A stretch of 64,000 nt of DNA from the human T2T-CHM13v2.0 reference genome, Homo sapiens. Under the pieces are notes generated by a model that searched no databases, was not told where the DNA came from, and saw only the letters and a list, made by a program, of their open reading frames with translations. The position numbers and the translations under genes were made by a program. Positions 45,201 to 59,714 of the stretch are shown here, piece after piece. Location: assembly GCF_009914755.1 (NCBI RefSeq), contig NC_060925.1; one strand, written 5' to 3'. Each line of letters begins with the position of its first letter. Position 1 is the stretch's first letter.

Positions 45201-48200
45201 AACACCAAACGGAAAAAAACGGAATTATCGAATGGAATCGAAGAGAATCTTCGAACGGACCCGAATGGAATCATCTAATGGAATGGAATGGAATAATCCA
45301 TGGACTCGAATGCAATCATCATCGAATGGAATGGAATGGAATCATCGAATGGACTCGAATGGAATAATCATTGAACGGAATCGAATGGAATCATCATCGG
45401 ATGGAAACGAATGGAATCATCATCGAATGGAAATGAAAGGAGTCATCATCTAATGGAATTGCATGGAATCATCATAAAATGGAATCGAATGGAATCAACA
45501 TCAAATGGAATCAAATGGAATCATTGAACGGAATTGAATGGAATCGTCATCGAATGAATTGACTGCAATCATCGAATGATCTCGAATGGAATCATCTTCA
45601 AATGGAATGGAATGGAATCATCGCATAGAATCGAATGGAATTATCATCGAATGGAATCGAATGGAATCAACATCAAACGGAAAAAAACGGAATTATCGAA
45701 TGGAATCGAAGAGAATCATCGAATGGACCCGAATGGAATCATCTAATGGAATGGAGTGGAATAATCCATGGACTCGAATGCAATCATCATCGAATGGAAT
45801 CGAATGGAATCATCGAATGGACTCGAATGGAATAATCATTGAACGGAATCGAATGGAATCATCATCGGATGGAAATGAATGGAATCATCATCGAATGGAA
45901 TCGAATAGAATTATGGAATGAAATCCAGTGTGATCATCATCGAATGGACCCGAATGGAATCATCATCCAACGGAAGCTAATGGAATCAACATCGAATGAA
46001 TCGAATGGAAACACCATCGAATTGAAACGAATGGAATTATCATGAAATTGAAATGGATGGACTCATCATCGAATGGATTCGAATGGAATCATCGAATAAA
46101 ATTGATTGAAATCATCATCGAATGGAATCGAATGGTATCATTGAATGGAATCGAATGGAATCATCATCAGATGGAAATGAATGGAATCGTCATAGAATGG
46201 AATCGAATGGATTCATTGAATGGAATCAGATGGAATCATCGAATGGACTGGAATGGAATCATTGAATGGACTCGAAAGGGATCATGATTGAATGGAATTG
46301 AATGGAATCATCGAATGGTCTCGATTGGAATCATTATCAAATGGAATCGAATGGAATCACCGAATAGAATCGAATGGAACAATCATCGAATGGACTCAAA
46401 TGGAATTATCCTCCAATGGAATCGAATGGAATTATCGAATGCAATCGAATGGAATTATCCAATGCAATCGAATAGAATCATCGAATGGACTCGAATGGAA
46501 TCATCGAATGGAATGGAATGGAACAGTCAATGAACTCGAATGGAATCATCATTGAATGGAATCGAATGGAATCATCGAGTGGAATCGAATGGAATTATGA
46601 TCAAATGGAATCGAATGTAATCATCATCAAATGGAATCAAAAATAACCATCATCAATTGGTATTGAATGGAATTGTCATCAAATGGAATTCAAAGGAATC
46701 ATCATCAAATGGAACCGAATGGAATCCTCATTGAATGGAAATGAAAGGGGTCATCATCTAATGGAATCGCATGGAATCATCATCAAATGGAATCGAATGG
46801 AATCATCATCAAATGGAATCTAATGGAATCATTGAACAGAATTGAATGGAATCGTCATCGAATGAATTGAATGCAATCATCGAATGGTCTCGAATGGAAT
46901 CATCTTCTAATGGAAAGGAATGGAATCATCGCATAGAATCGAATGGAATTATCATCGAATGGAATCGAATGGTATCAACACCAAACGGAAAAAAACGGAA
47001 TTATCGAATGGAATCGAAGAGAATCTTCGAACGGACCCGAATGGAATCATCTAATGGAATGGAATGGAATAATCCATGGACTCGAATGCAATCATCATCG
47101 AATGGAAACGAATGGAATCATCGAATGGACTCGAATGGAATAATCATTGAACGGAATCGATTGGAATCATCATCGGATGGAAACGAATGGAATCATCATC
47201 GAATGGAAATGAAAGGAGTCATCATCTAATGGAATTGCATGGAATCATCATAAAATGGAATCGAATGGAATCAACATCAAATGGAATCAAATGGAATCAT
47301 TGAACGGAATTGAATGGAATCGTCATCGAATGAATTGACTGCAATCATCCAATGGTCTCGAATGGAATCATCTTCAAATGGAATGGAATGGAATCATCGC
47401 ATAGAATCGAATGGAATTATCATCGAATGGAATCGAATGGAATCAACATCAAACGGAAAAAAACGGAATTATCGAATGGAATCGAAGAGAATCGTCGAAT
47501 GGACCCGAATGGAATCATCTAATGGAATGGAATGGAATAATCCATGGACTCGAATGCAATCATCATCGAATGGAATCAAATGGAATCATCGAATGGACTC
47601 GAATGGAATAATCATTGAACGGAATAGAATGGAATCATCATCGGATGGAAATGAATGGAATCATCATCGAATGGAATCGAATAGAATTATGGAATGAAAT
47701 CCAGTGTGATCATCATCGAATGGACCCGAATGGAATCATCATCCAACGGAAGCTAATGGAATCAACATCGAATGAATCGAATGGAAACACCATCGAATTG
47801 AAACGAATGGAATTATCATGAAATTGAAATGGATGGACTCATCATCGAATGGATTCGAATGGAATCATCGAATAAAATTGATTGAAATCATCATCCAATG
47901 GAATCGAATGGTATCATTGAATGGAATCGAATGGAATCATCATCAGATGGAAATGAATGGAATCGTCATAGAATGGAATCGAATGGATTCATTGAATGGA
48001 ATCAGATGGAATCATCGAATGGACTGGAATGGAATCATTGAATGGACTCGAAAGGGATCATTATTGAATGGAATTGAATGGAATCATCGAATGGTCTCGA
48101 TTGGAATCATTATCAAATGGAATCGAATGGAATCACCGAATAGAATCGAATGGAACAATCATCGAATGGACTCAAATGGAATTATCCTCCAATGGAATCG

Positions 48201-51200
48201 AATGGAATTATCGAATGCAATCGAATGGAATTATCGAATGCAATCGAATAGAATCATCGAATGGACTCGAATGGAATCATCGAATGGAATGGATTGGAAC
48301 AGTCAATGAACTCGAATGGAATCATCATTGAATGGAATCGAATGGAATCATCGAGTGGAATCGAATGGAATTATGATCAAATGGAATCGAATGTAATCAT
48401 CATCAAATGGAATCAAAAATAACCATCATCAATTGGTATTGAATGGAATTGTCTTCAAATGGAATTCAAAGGAATCATCATCAAATGGAACCGAATGGAA
48501 TCCTCATTGAATGGTAATGAAAGGGGTCATCATCTAATGGAATCGCATGGAATCATCATCAAATGGAATCGAATGGAATCATCATCAAATGGAATCTAAT
48601 GGAATCATTGAACAGAATTGAATGGAATCGTCATCGAATGAATTGAATGCAATAATCGAATGGTCTCGAATGGAATCATCTTCTAATGGAAAGGAATGGA
48701 ATCATCGCATAGAATCGAATGGAATTATCATCGAATGGAATCGAATGGTATCAACACCAAACGGAAAAAAACGGAATTATCGAATGGAATCGAAGAGAAT
48801 CTTCGAACGGACCCGAATGGAATCATCTAATGGAATGGAATGGAATAATCCATGGACTCGAATGCAATCATCATCGAATGGAATCGAATGGAATCATCGA
48901 ATGGACTCGAATGGAATAATCATTGAACGGAATCGATTAGAATCATCATCGGATGGAAACGAATGGAATCATCATCGAATGGAAATGAAAGGAGTCATCA
49001 TCTAATGGAATTGCATGGAATCATCATAAAATGGAATCGAATGGAATCAACATCAAATGGAATCAAATGGAATCATTGAACGGAATTGAATGGAATCGTC
49101 ATCGAATGAATTGACTGCAATCATCCAATGGTCTCGAATGGAATCATCTTCAAATGGAATGGAATGGAATCATCGCATAGAATCGAATGGAATTATCATC
49201 GAATGGAATCGAATGGAATCAACATCCAACGGAAAGAAACGGAATTATCGAATGGAATCGAAGAGAATCATCGAATGGACCCGAATGGAATCATCTAATG
49301 GAATGGAATGGAATAATCCATGGACTCGAATGAAATCATCATCGAATGGAATCGAATGGAATCATCGAATGGACTCGAATGGAATAATCATTGAACGGAA
49401 TCGAATGGAATCATCATCGGATGGAAACGAATGGAATCATCATCGAATGGAATCGCATAGAATTATGGAATGAAATCCAGTGTGATCATCATCGAATGGA
49501 CCCGAATGGAATCATCATCCAACGGAAGCTAATGGAATCAACATCGAATGAATCAAATGGAAACACCATCGAATTGAAACGAATGGAATTATCATGAAAT
49601 TGAAATGGATGGACTCATCATCGAATGGATTCGAATGGAATCATCGAATAAAATTGATTGAAATCATCATCGAATGGAATCGAAAGGTATCATTGAATGG
49701 AATCGAATGGAATCATCATCAGATGGAAATGAATGGAATCGTCATAGAATGGAATCGAATGGATTCATTGAATGGAATCAGATGGAATCATCGAATGGAC
49801 TGGAATGGAATCATTGAATGGACTCAAAAGGGATCATGATTGAATGGAATTGAATGGAATCATCGAATGGTCTCGATTGGAATCATTATCAAATGGAATC
49901 GAATGGAATCACCGAATAGAATCGAATGGAACAATCATCGAATGGACTCAAATGGAATTATCCTCAAATGGAATCGAATGGAATTATCGAATGCAATCGA
50001 ATGGAATTATCGAATGCAATCGAATAGAATCATCGAATGGACTCGAATGGAATCATCGAATGGAATGGAATGGAACAGTCAATGAACTCGAATGGAATCA
50101 TCATTGAATGGAATCGAATGGAATCATCGAGTGGAATCGAATGGAATTATGATCAAATGTGATCAAATGGAATCGAATATAATCATGATCAAATGGAATC
50201 AAAAATAACCATCATCAATTGGTATTGAATGGAATTGTCATCAAATGGAATTCAAAGGAATCATCATCAAATGGAACCGAATGGAATCCTCATTGAATGG
50301 AAATGAAAGGGGTCATCATCTAATGGAATCGCATGGAATCATCATCAAATGGAATCGAATGGAATCATCATCAAATGGAATCTAATGGAATCATTGAACA
50401 GAATTGAATGGAATCGTCATCGAATGAATTGAATGCAATAATCGAATGGTCTCGAATGGAATCATCTTCTAATGGAAAGGAATGGAATCATCGCATAGAA
50501 TCGAATGGAATTATCATCGAATGGAATCGAATGGTATCAACACCAAACGGAAAAAAACGGAATTATCGAATGGAATCGAAGAGAATCTTCGAACGGACCC
50601 GAATGGAATCATCTAATGGAATGGAATGGAATAATCCATGGACTCGAATGCAATCATCATCGAATGGAATCGAATGGAATCATCGAATGGACTCGAATGG
50701 AATAATCATTGAACGGAATCGAATGGAATCATCATCGGATGGAAACGAATGGAATCATCATCGAATGGAAATGAAAGGAGTCATCATCTAATGGAATTGC
50801 ATGGAATCATCATAAAATGGAATCGAATGGAATCAACATCAAATGGAATCAAATGGAATCATTGAACGGAATTGAATGGAATCGTCATCGAATGAATTGA
50901 CTGCAATCATCGAATGGTCTCGAATGGAATCATCTTCAAATGGAATGGAATGGAATCATCGCATAGAATCGAATGGAATTATCATCGAATGGAATCGAAT
51001 GGAATCAACATCAAACGGAAAAAAACGGAATTATCGAATGGAATCGAAGAGAATCATCGAATGGACCCGAATGGAATCATCTAATGGAATGGAATGGAAT
51101 AATCCATGGACTCGAATGCAATCATCATCGAATGGAATCGAATGGAATCATCGAATGGACTCGAATGGAATAATCATTGAACGGAATCGAATGGAATCAT

Positions 51201-52172
51201 CATCGGATGGAAATGAATGGAATCATCACCGAATGGAATCGAATAGAATTATGGAATGAAATCCAGTGTGATCATCATCGAATGGACCCGAATGGAATAA
51301 TCATCCAACGGAAGCTAATGGAATCAACATCGAATGAATCAAATGGAAACACCATCGAATTGAAACGAATGGAATTATCATGAAATTGAAATGGATGGAC
51401 TCATCATCGAATGGATTCGAATGGAATCATCGAATAAAATTGATTGAAATCATCATCGAATGGAATCGAATGGTATCATTGAATGGAATCGAATGGAATC
51501 ATCATCAGATGGAAATGAATGGAATCGTCATAGAATGGAATCGAATGGATTCATTGAATGGAATCAGATGGAATCAACGAATGGACTGGAATGGAATCAT
51601 TGAATGGACTCGAAAGGGATCATGATTGAATGGAATTGAATGGAATCATCGAATGGTCTCGATTGGAATCATTATCAAATGGAATCGAATGGAATCACCG
51701 AATAGAATCGAATGGAACAATCATCGAATGGACTCAAATGGAATTATCCTCCAATGGAATCGAATGGAATTATCGAATGCAATCGAATGGAATTATCGAA
51801 TGCAATCGAATAGAATCATCGAATGGACTCGAATGGAATCATTGAATGGAATGGAATGGAACAGTCAATGAACTCGAATGGAATCATCATTGAATGGAAT
51901 CGAATGGAATCATCGAATGGAATCGAATGGAATTATGATCAAATGGAATCGAATATAATCATCATCAAATGGAATCAAAAATAACCATCATCAATTGGTA
52001 TTGAATGGAATTCTCATCAAATGGAATTCAAAGGAGTCATCATCAAATGGAACTGAATGGAATCCTCATTGAATGGAAATGAAAGGGGTCATCATCTAAT
52101 GGAATCGCATGGAATCATCATCAAATGGAATCGAATGGAATCATCATCAAATGGAATCTGATGGAATCATTG
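27298..52172 (+). repeat. Run of 14 essentially canonical units (twelve 1776, one 1777, one 1786)
   Basis: Unit starts step by 1776 except for +1 G at 32918-32920 and a 10-bp duplication TGATCAAATG at 50150-50169. Confidence 0.9.
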
Positions 52173-55100
52173 AACAGAATTGAATGGAATCGTCATCGAA
52201 TGAATTGAATGCAATCATCGAATGGTCTCGAATGTAATCACATTCTAATGGAAAGGAATGGAATCATCGCATAGAATCGAATGGAATTAACATTGAATGG
52301 ACTCGAATGGAATCAACATCAAACGGAATCAAGCGGAATTATCGAATGGAATCGAAGAGAATCATCGAATGGTCTCGAATGGAATCATCTTCTAATGGAA
52401 AGGAATGGAATCATCGCATAGAATCGAATGGAATTAACATTGAATGGACTCGAATGGAATCAACATCAAATGGAATCAAGCGGAATTATCGAATGAAATC
52501 GAAGAGAATCATTGAATGGAATCGAATGGAATCATCTAATGGAATGGAATGGAATAATCCACGGACTCGAATGCAATCATCATCGTATAGAATCGAATGG
52601 AATCATCGAATGGACTCGAATGGAATAACCATTGAACGGAATCGAATGGAATCATCATCGGATGGAAACGAATGGAATCATCATCGAATGGAAATGAAAG
52701 GAGTCATCATCTAATGGAATTGCATGGAATCATCATAAAATGGAATCGAATGGAATCAACATCAAATGGAATCAAATGGAATCATTGAACGGAATTGAAT
52801 GGAATCGTCTCGAATGAATTGACTGCAATCATCGAATGGTCTCGAATGGAATCATCTTCAAATGGAATGGAATGGAATCATCGCATAGAATCGAATGGAA
52901 TTATCATCGAATGGAATCGAATGGAATCAACATCAAACGGAAAAAAACGGAATTATCAAATGGAATCGAAGAGAATCATCGAATGGACCCGAATGGAATC
53001 ATCTAATGGAATGGAATGGAATAATCCATGGACTCGAATGCAATCATCATCGAATGGAATCGAATGGAATCATCGAATGGACTCGAATGGAATAATCATT
53101 GAACGGAATCGAATGGAATCATCATCGGATGGAAATGAATGGAATCATCATCGAATGGAATCGAATAGAATTATGGAATGAAATCCAGTGTGATCATCAT
53201 CGAATGGACCCGAATGGAATCATCATCCAACGGAAGCTAATGGAATCAACATCGAATGAATCAAATGGAAACACCATCGAATTGAAACGAATGGAATTAT
53301 CATGAAATTGAAATGGATGGACTCATCATCGAATGGATTCGAATGGAATCATCGAATAAAATTGATTGAAATCATCATCGAATGGAATCGAATGGTATCA
53401 TTGAATGGAATCGAATGGAATCATCATCAGATGGAAATGAATGGAATCGTCATAGAATGGAATCGAATGGATTCATTGAATGGAATCAGATGGAATCATC
53501 GAATGGACTGGAATGGAATCATTGAATGGACTCAAAAGGGATCATGATTGAATGGAATTGAATGGAATCATCGAATGGTCTCGATTGGAATCATTATCAA
53601 ATGGAATCGAATGGAATCACCGAATAGAATCGAATGGAACAATCATCGAATGGACTCAAATGGAATTATCCTCCAATGGAATCGAATGGAATTATCGAAT
53701 GCAATCGAATGGAATTATCGAATGCAATCGAATAGAATCATCGAATGGACTCGAATGGAATCATCGAATGGAATGGAATGGAACAGTCAATGAACTCGAA
53801 TGGAATCATCATTGAATGGAATCGAATGGAATCATCGAATGGAATCGAATGGAATTATGATCAAATGGAATCGAATATAATCATCATCAAATGGAATCAA
53901 AAATAACCATCATCAATTGGTATTGAATGGAATTCTCATCAAATGGAATTCAAAGGAGTCATCATCAAATGGAACTGAATGGAATCCTCATTGAATGGAA
54001 ATGAAAGGGGTCATCATCTAATGGAATCGCATGGAATCATCATCAAATGGAATCGAATGGAATCATCATCAAATGGAATCTGATGGAATCATTGAACAGA
54101 ATTGAATGGAATCGTCATCGAATGAATTGAATGCAATCATCGAATGGTCTCGAATGTAATCACATTCTAATGGAAAGGAATGGAATCATCGCATAGAATC
54201 GAATGGAATTAACATTGAATGGACTCGAATGGAATCAACATCAAACGGAATCAAGCGGAATTATCGAATGGAATCAAAGAGAATCATCGAATGGTCTCGA
54301 ATGGAATCATCTTCTAATGGAAAGGAATGGAATCATCGCATAGAATCGAATGGAATTAACATTGAATGGACTCGAATGGAATCAACATCAAATGGAATCA
54401 AGCGGAATTATCGAATGAAATCGAAGAGAATCATTGAATGGACTCGAATGGAATCATCTAATGGAATGGAATGGAATAATCCACGGACTCGAATGCAGTC
54501 ATCATCGTATAGAATCGAATGGAATCATCGAATGGACTCGAATGGAATAACCATTGAACGGAATCGAATGGAATCATCATCGGATGGAAACGAATGGAAT
54601 CATCATCGAATGGAAATGAAAGGAGTCATCATCTAATGGAATTGCATGGAATCATCATAAAATGGAATCGAATGGAATCAACATCAAATGGAATCAAATG
54701 GAATCATTGAACGGAATTGAATGGAATCGTCTCGAATGAATTGACTGCAATCATCGAATGGTCTCGAATGGAATCATCTTCAAATGGAATGGAATGGAAT
54801 CATCGCATAGAATCGAATGGAATTATCATCGAATGGAATCGAATGGAATCAACATCAAACGGAAAAAAACGGAATTATCGAATGGAATCGAAGAGAATCA
54901 TCGAATGGACCCGAATGGAATCATCTAATGGAATGGAATGGAATAATCCATGGACTCGAATGCAATCATCATCGAATGGAATCGAATGGAATCATCGAAT
55001 GGACTCGAATGGAATAATCATTGAACGGAATCGAATGAAATCATCATCGGAAGGAAATGAATGGAATCATCATCGAATGGAATCGAATAGAATTATGGAA

Positions 55101-56016
55101 TGAAATCCAGTGTGATCATCATCGAATTGACCCGAATGGAATAATCATCCAACGGAAGCTAATGGAATCAACATCGAATGAATCAAATGGAAACACCATC
55201 GAATTGAAACGAATGGAATTATCATGAAATTGAAATGGATGGACTCATCATCGAATGGATTCGAATGGAATCATCGAATAAAATTGATTGAAATCATCAT
55301 CGAATGGAATCGAATGGTATCATTGAATGGAATCGAATGGAATCATCATCAGATGGAAATGAATGGAATCGTCATAGAATGGAATCGAATGGATTCATTG
55401 AATGGAATCAGATGGAATCATCGAATGGACTGGAATGGAATCATTGAATGGACTCGAAAGGGATTATGATTGAATGGAATTGAATGGAATCATCGAATGG
55501 TCTCGATTGGAATCATTATCAAATGGAATCGAATGGAATCACCGAATAGAATCGAATGGAACAATCATCGAATGGACTCAAATGGAATTATCCTCCAATG
55601 GAATCGAATGGAATTATCGAATGCAATCGAATGGAATTATCGAATGCAATCGAATAGAATCATCGAATGGACTCGAATGGAATCATCGAATGGAATGGAA
55701 TGGAACAGTCAATGAACTCGAATGGAATCATCATTGAATGGAATCGAATGGAATCATCGAGTGGAATCGAATGGAATTATGATCAAATGGAATCGAATGT
55801 AATCATCATCAAATGGAATCAAAAATAACCATCATCAATTGGTATTGAATGGAATTGTCATCAAATGGAATTCAAAGGAATCATCATCAAATGGAACCGA
55901 ATGGAATCCTCATTGAATGGAAATGAAAGGGGTCATCATCTAATGGAATCGCATGGAATCATCATCAAATGGAATCGAATGGAATCATCATCAAATGGAA
56001 TCTAATGGAATCATTG
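52173..56016 (+). repeat. Two tandem 1922-bp variant units (147-bp duplication, 1-bp deletion, divergent subunit A')
   Basis: Landmark ATGs at 52184, 54106, 56028 (1922 spacing); variant motifs TTAACATTGAATGGACTCG, GGAATCAAGCGG, CCACGG, CGTATAG, CGTCTCG. Confidence 0.92.
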
Positions 56017-57792
56017 AACAGAATTGAATGGAATCGTCATCGAATGAATTGAATGCAATCATCGAATGGTCTCGAATGGAATCATCTTCTAATGGAAAGG
56101 AATGGAATCATCGCATAGAATCGAATGGAATTATCATCGAATGGAATCGAATGGTATCAACACCAAACGGAAAAAAACGGAATTATCGAATGGAATCGAA
56201 GAGAATCTTTGAACGGACCCGAATGGAATCATATAATGGAATGGAATGGAATAATCCATGGACTCGAATGCAATCATCATCGAATGGAATCGAATGGAAT
56301 CATCGAATGGACTCGAATGGAATAATCATTGAACGGAATCGAATGGAATCATCATCGGATGGAAACGAATGGAATCATCATCGAATGGAAATGAAAGGAG
56401 TCATCATCTAATGGAATTGCATGGAATCATCATAAAATGGAATCGAATGGAATCAACATCAAATGGAATCAAATGGAATCATTGAACGGAATTGAATGGA
56501 GTCGTCATCGAATGAATTGAATGCAATCATCGAATGGTCTCGAATGGAATCATCTTCAAATGGAATGGAATGGAATCATCGCATAGAATCGAATGGAATT
56601 ATCATCGAATGGAATCGAATGGAATCAACCTCAAACGGAAAAAAACGGAATTATCGAATGGAATCGAAGAGAATCATCGAATGGACCCGAATGGAATCAT
56701 CTAATGGAATGGAATGGAGTAATCCATGGACTCGAAGGCAATCATCATCGAATGGAATCGAATGGAATCATCGAGTGGACTCGAATGGAATAATCATTGA
56801 ACGGAATCGAATGGAATCATCATCGGATGGAAATGAATGGAATCATCATCGAATGGAATCGAATAGAATTATGGAATGAAATCCAGTGTGATCATCATCG
56901 AATGGACCCGAATGGAATCATCATCCAATGGAAGCTAATGGAATCAACATCGAATGAATCGAATGGAAACACCATCGAATTGAAACGAATGGAATTACCA
57001 TGAAATTGAAATGGATGGACTCATCATCGAATGGATTCGGATGGAATCATCGAATAAAATTGATTGAAATCATCATCGAATGGAATCGAATGGTATCATT
57101 GAATGGAATCGAATGGAATCATCATCAGATGGAAATGAATGGAATCGTCATAGAATGGAATCGAATGGATTCATTGAATGGAATCAGATGGAATCATCGA
57201 ATGGACTGGAATGGAATCATTGAATGGACTCGAAAGGGATCATGATTGAATGGAATTGAATGGAATCATCGAATGGTCTCGATTGGAATCATTATCAAAT
57301 GGAATCGAATGGAATCACCGAATAGAATCGAATGGAACAATCATCGAATGGACTCAAATGGAATTATCCTCCAATGGAATCGAATGGAATTATCGAATGC
57401 AATCGAATGGAATTGTCGAATGCAATCGAATAGAATCATCGAATGGACTCGAATGGAATCATCGAATGGAATGGAATGGAACAGTCAATGAACTCGAATG
57501 GAATCATCATTGAGTGGAATCGAATGGAATCATCGAATGGAATCAAATGGAATTATGATCAAATGGAATCGAATATAATCATCATCAAATGGAATCAAAA
57601 ATAACCATCATCAATTGGTATTGAATGGAATTCTCATCAAATGGAATTCAAAGGAATCATCATCAAATGGAACTGAATGGAATCCTCATTGAATGGAAAT
57701 GAAAGGGGTCATCATCTAATGGAATCGCATGGAATCATCATCAAATGGAATCGAATGGAATCATCATCAAATGGAATCTGATGGAATCATTG

Positions 57793-59714
57793 AACAGAAT
57801 TGAATGGAATCGTCATCGAATGAATGGAATGCAATCATCGAATGGTCTCGAATGTAATCACATTCTAATGGAAAGGAATGGAATCATCGCATAGAATCGA
57901 ATGGAATTAACATTGAATGGACTCGAATGGAATCAACATCAAACGGAATCAAGCGGAATTATCGAATGGAATCGAAGAGAATCATCGAATGGTCTCGAAT
58001 GGAATCATCTTCTAATGGAAAGGAATGGAATCATCGCATAGAATCGAATGGAATTAACATTGAATGGACTCGAATGGAATCAACATCAAATGGAATCAAG
58101 CGGAATTATCGAATGAAATCGAAGAGAATCATTGAATGGACTCGAATGGAATCATCTAATGGAATGGAATGGAATAATCCACGGACTCGAATGCAATCAT
58201 CATCGTATAGAATCGAATGGAATCATCGAATGGACTCGAATGGAATAACCATTGAACGGAATCGAATGGAATCATCATCGGATGGAAACGAATGGAATCA
58301 TCATCGAATGGAAATGAAAGGAGTCATCATCTAATGGAATTGCATGGAATCATCATAAAATGGAATCGAATGGAATCAACATCAAATGGAATCAAATGGA
58401 ATCATTGAACGGAATTGAATGGAATCGTCTCGAATGAATTGACTGCAATCATCGAATGGTCTCGAATGGAATCATCTTCAAATGGAATGGAATGGAATCA
58501 TCGCATAGAATCGAATGGAATTATCATCCAATGGAATCGAATGGAATCAACATCAAACGGAAAAAAACGGAATTATCGAATGGAACCGAAGAGAATCATC
58601 GAATGGACCCGAATGGAATCATCTAATGGAATAGAATGGAATAATCCATGGACTCGAATGCAATCATCATCGAATGGAATCGAATGGAATCATCGAATGG
58701 ACTTGAATGGAATAATCATTGAACGGAATCGAATGGAATCATCATCGGATGGAAATGAATGGAATCATCATCGAATGGAATCGAATAGAATTATGGAATG
58801 AAATCCAGTGTGATCATCATCGAATGGACCCGAATGGAATCATCATCCAACGGAAGCTAATGGAATCAACATCGAATGAATCGAATGGAAACACCATCGA
58901 ATTGAAACGAATGGAATTATCATGAAATTGAAATGGATGGACTCATCATCGAATGGATTCGAATGGAATCATCGAATAAAATTGATTGAAATCATCATCC
59001 AATGGAATCGAATGGTATCATTGAATGGAATCGAATGGAATCATCATCAGATGGAAATGAATGGAATCGTCATAGAATGGAATCGAATGGATTCATTGAA
59101 TGGAATCAGATGGAATCATCGAATGGACTGGAATGGAATCATTGAATGGACTCGAAAGGGATCATGATTGAATGGAATTGAATGGAATCATCGAATGGTC
59201 TCGATTGGAATCATTATCAAATGGAATCGAATGGAATCACCGAATAGAATCGAATGGAACAATCATCGAATGGACTCAAATGGAATTATCCTCAAATGGA
59301 ATCGAATGGAATTATCAAATGCAATCGAATGGAATTATCGAATGCAATCGAATAGAATAATCGAATGGACTCGAATGGAATCATCGAATGGAATGGAATG
59401 GAACAGTCAATGAACTCGAATGGAATCATCATTGAATGGAATCGAATGGAATCATCGAGTGGAATCGAATGGAATTATGATGAAATGGAATCGAATGTAA
59501 TCATCATCAAATGGAATCAAAAATAACCATCATCAATTGGTATTGAATGGAATTGTCTTCAAATGGAATTCAAAGGAATCATCATCAAATGGAACCGAAT
59601 GGAATCCTCATTGAATGGAAATGAAAGGGGTCATCATCTAATGGAATCGCATGGAATCATCATCAAATGGAATCGAATGGAATCATCATCAAATGGAATC
59701 TAATGGAATCATTG
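57793..59714 (+). repeat. Third 1922-bp variant unit
   Basis: Same variant motif set; ORF 57927..58334 matches 54229..54636. Confidence 0.92.

Noticed and set aside
52213-52506. 147-bp duplication equals nucleosome core length
   Set aside because: Explained by the underlying 49-bp (23+26) periodicity; no evidence for a nucleosome link.
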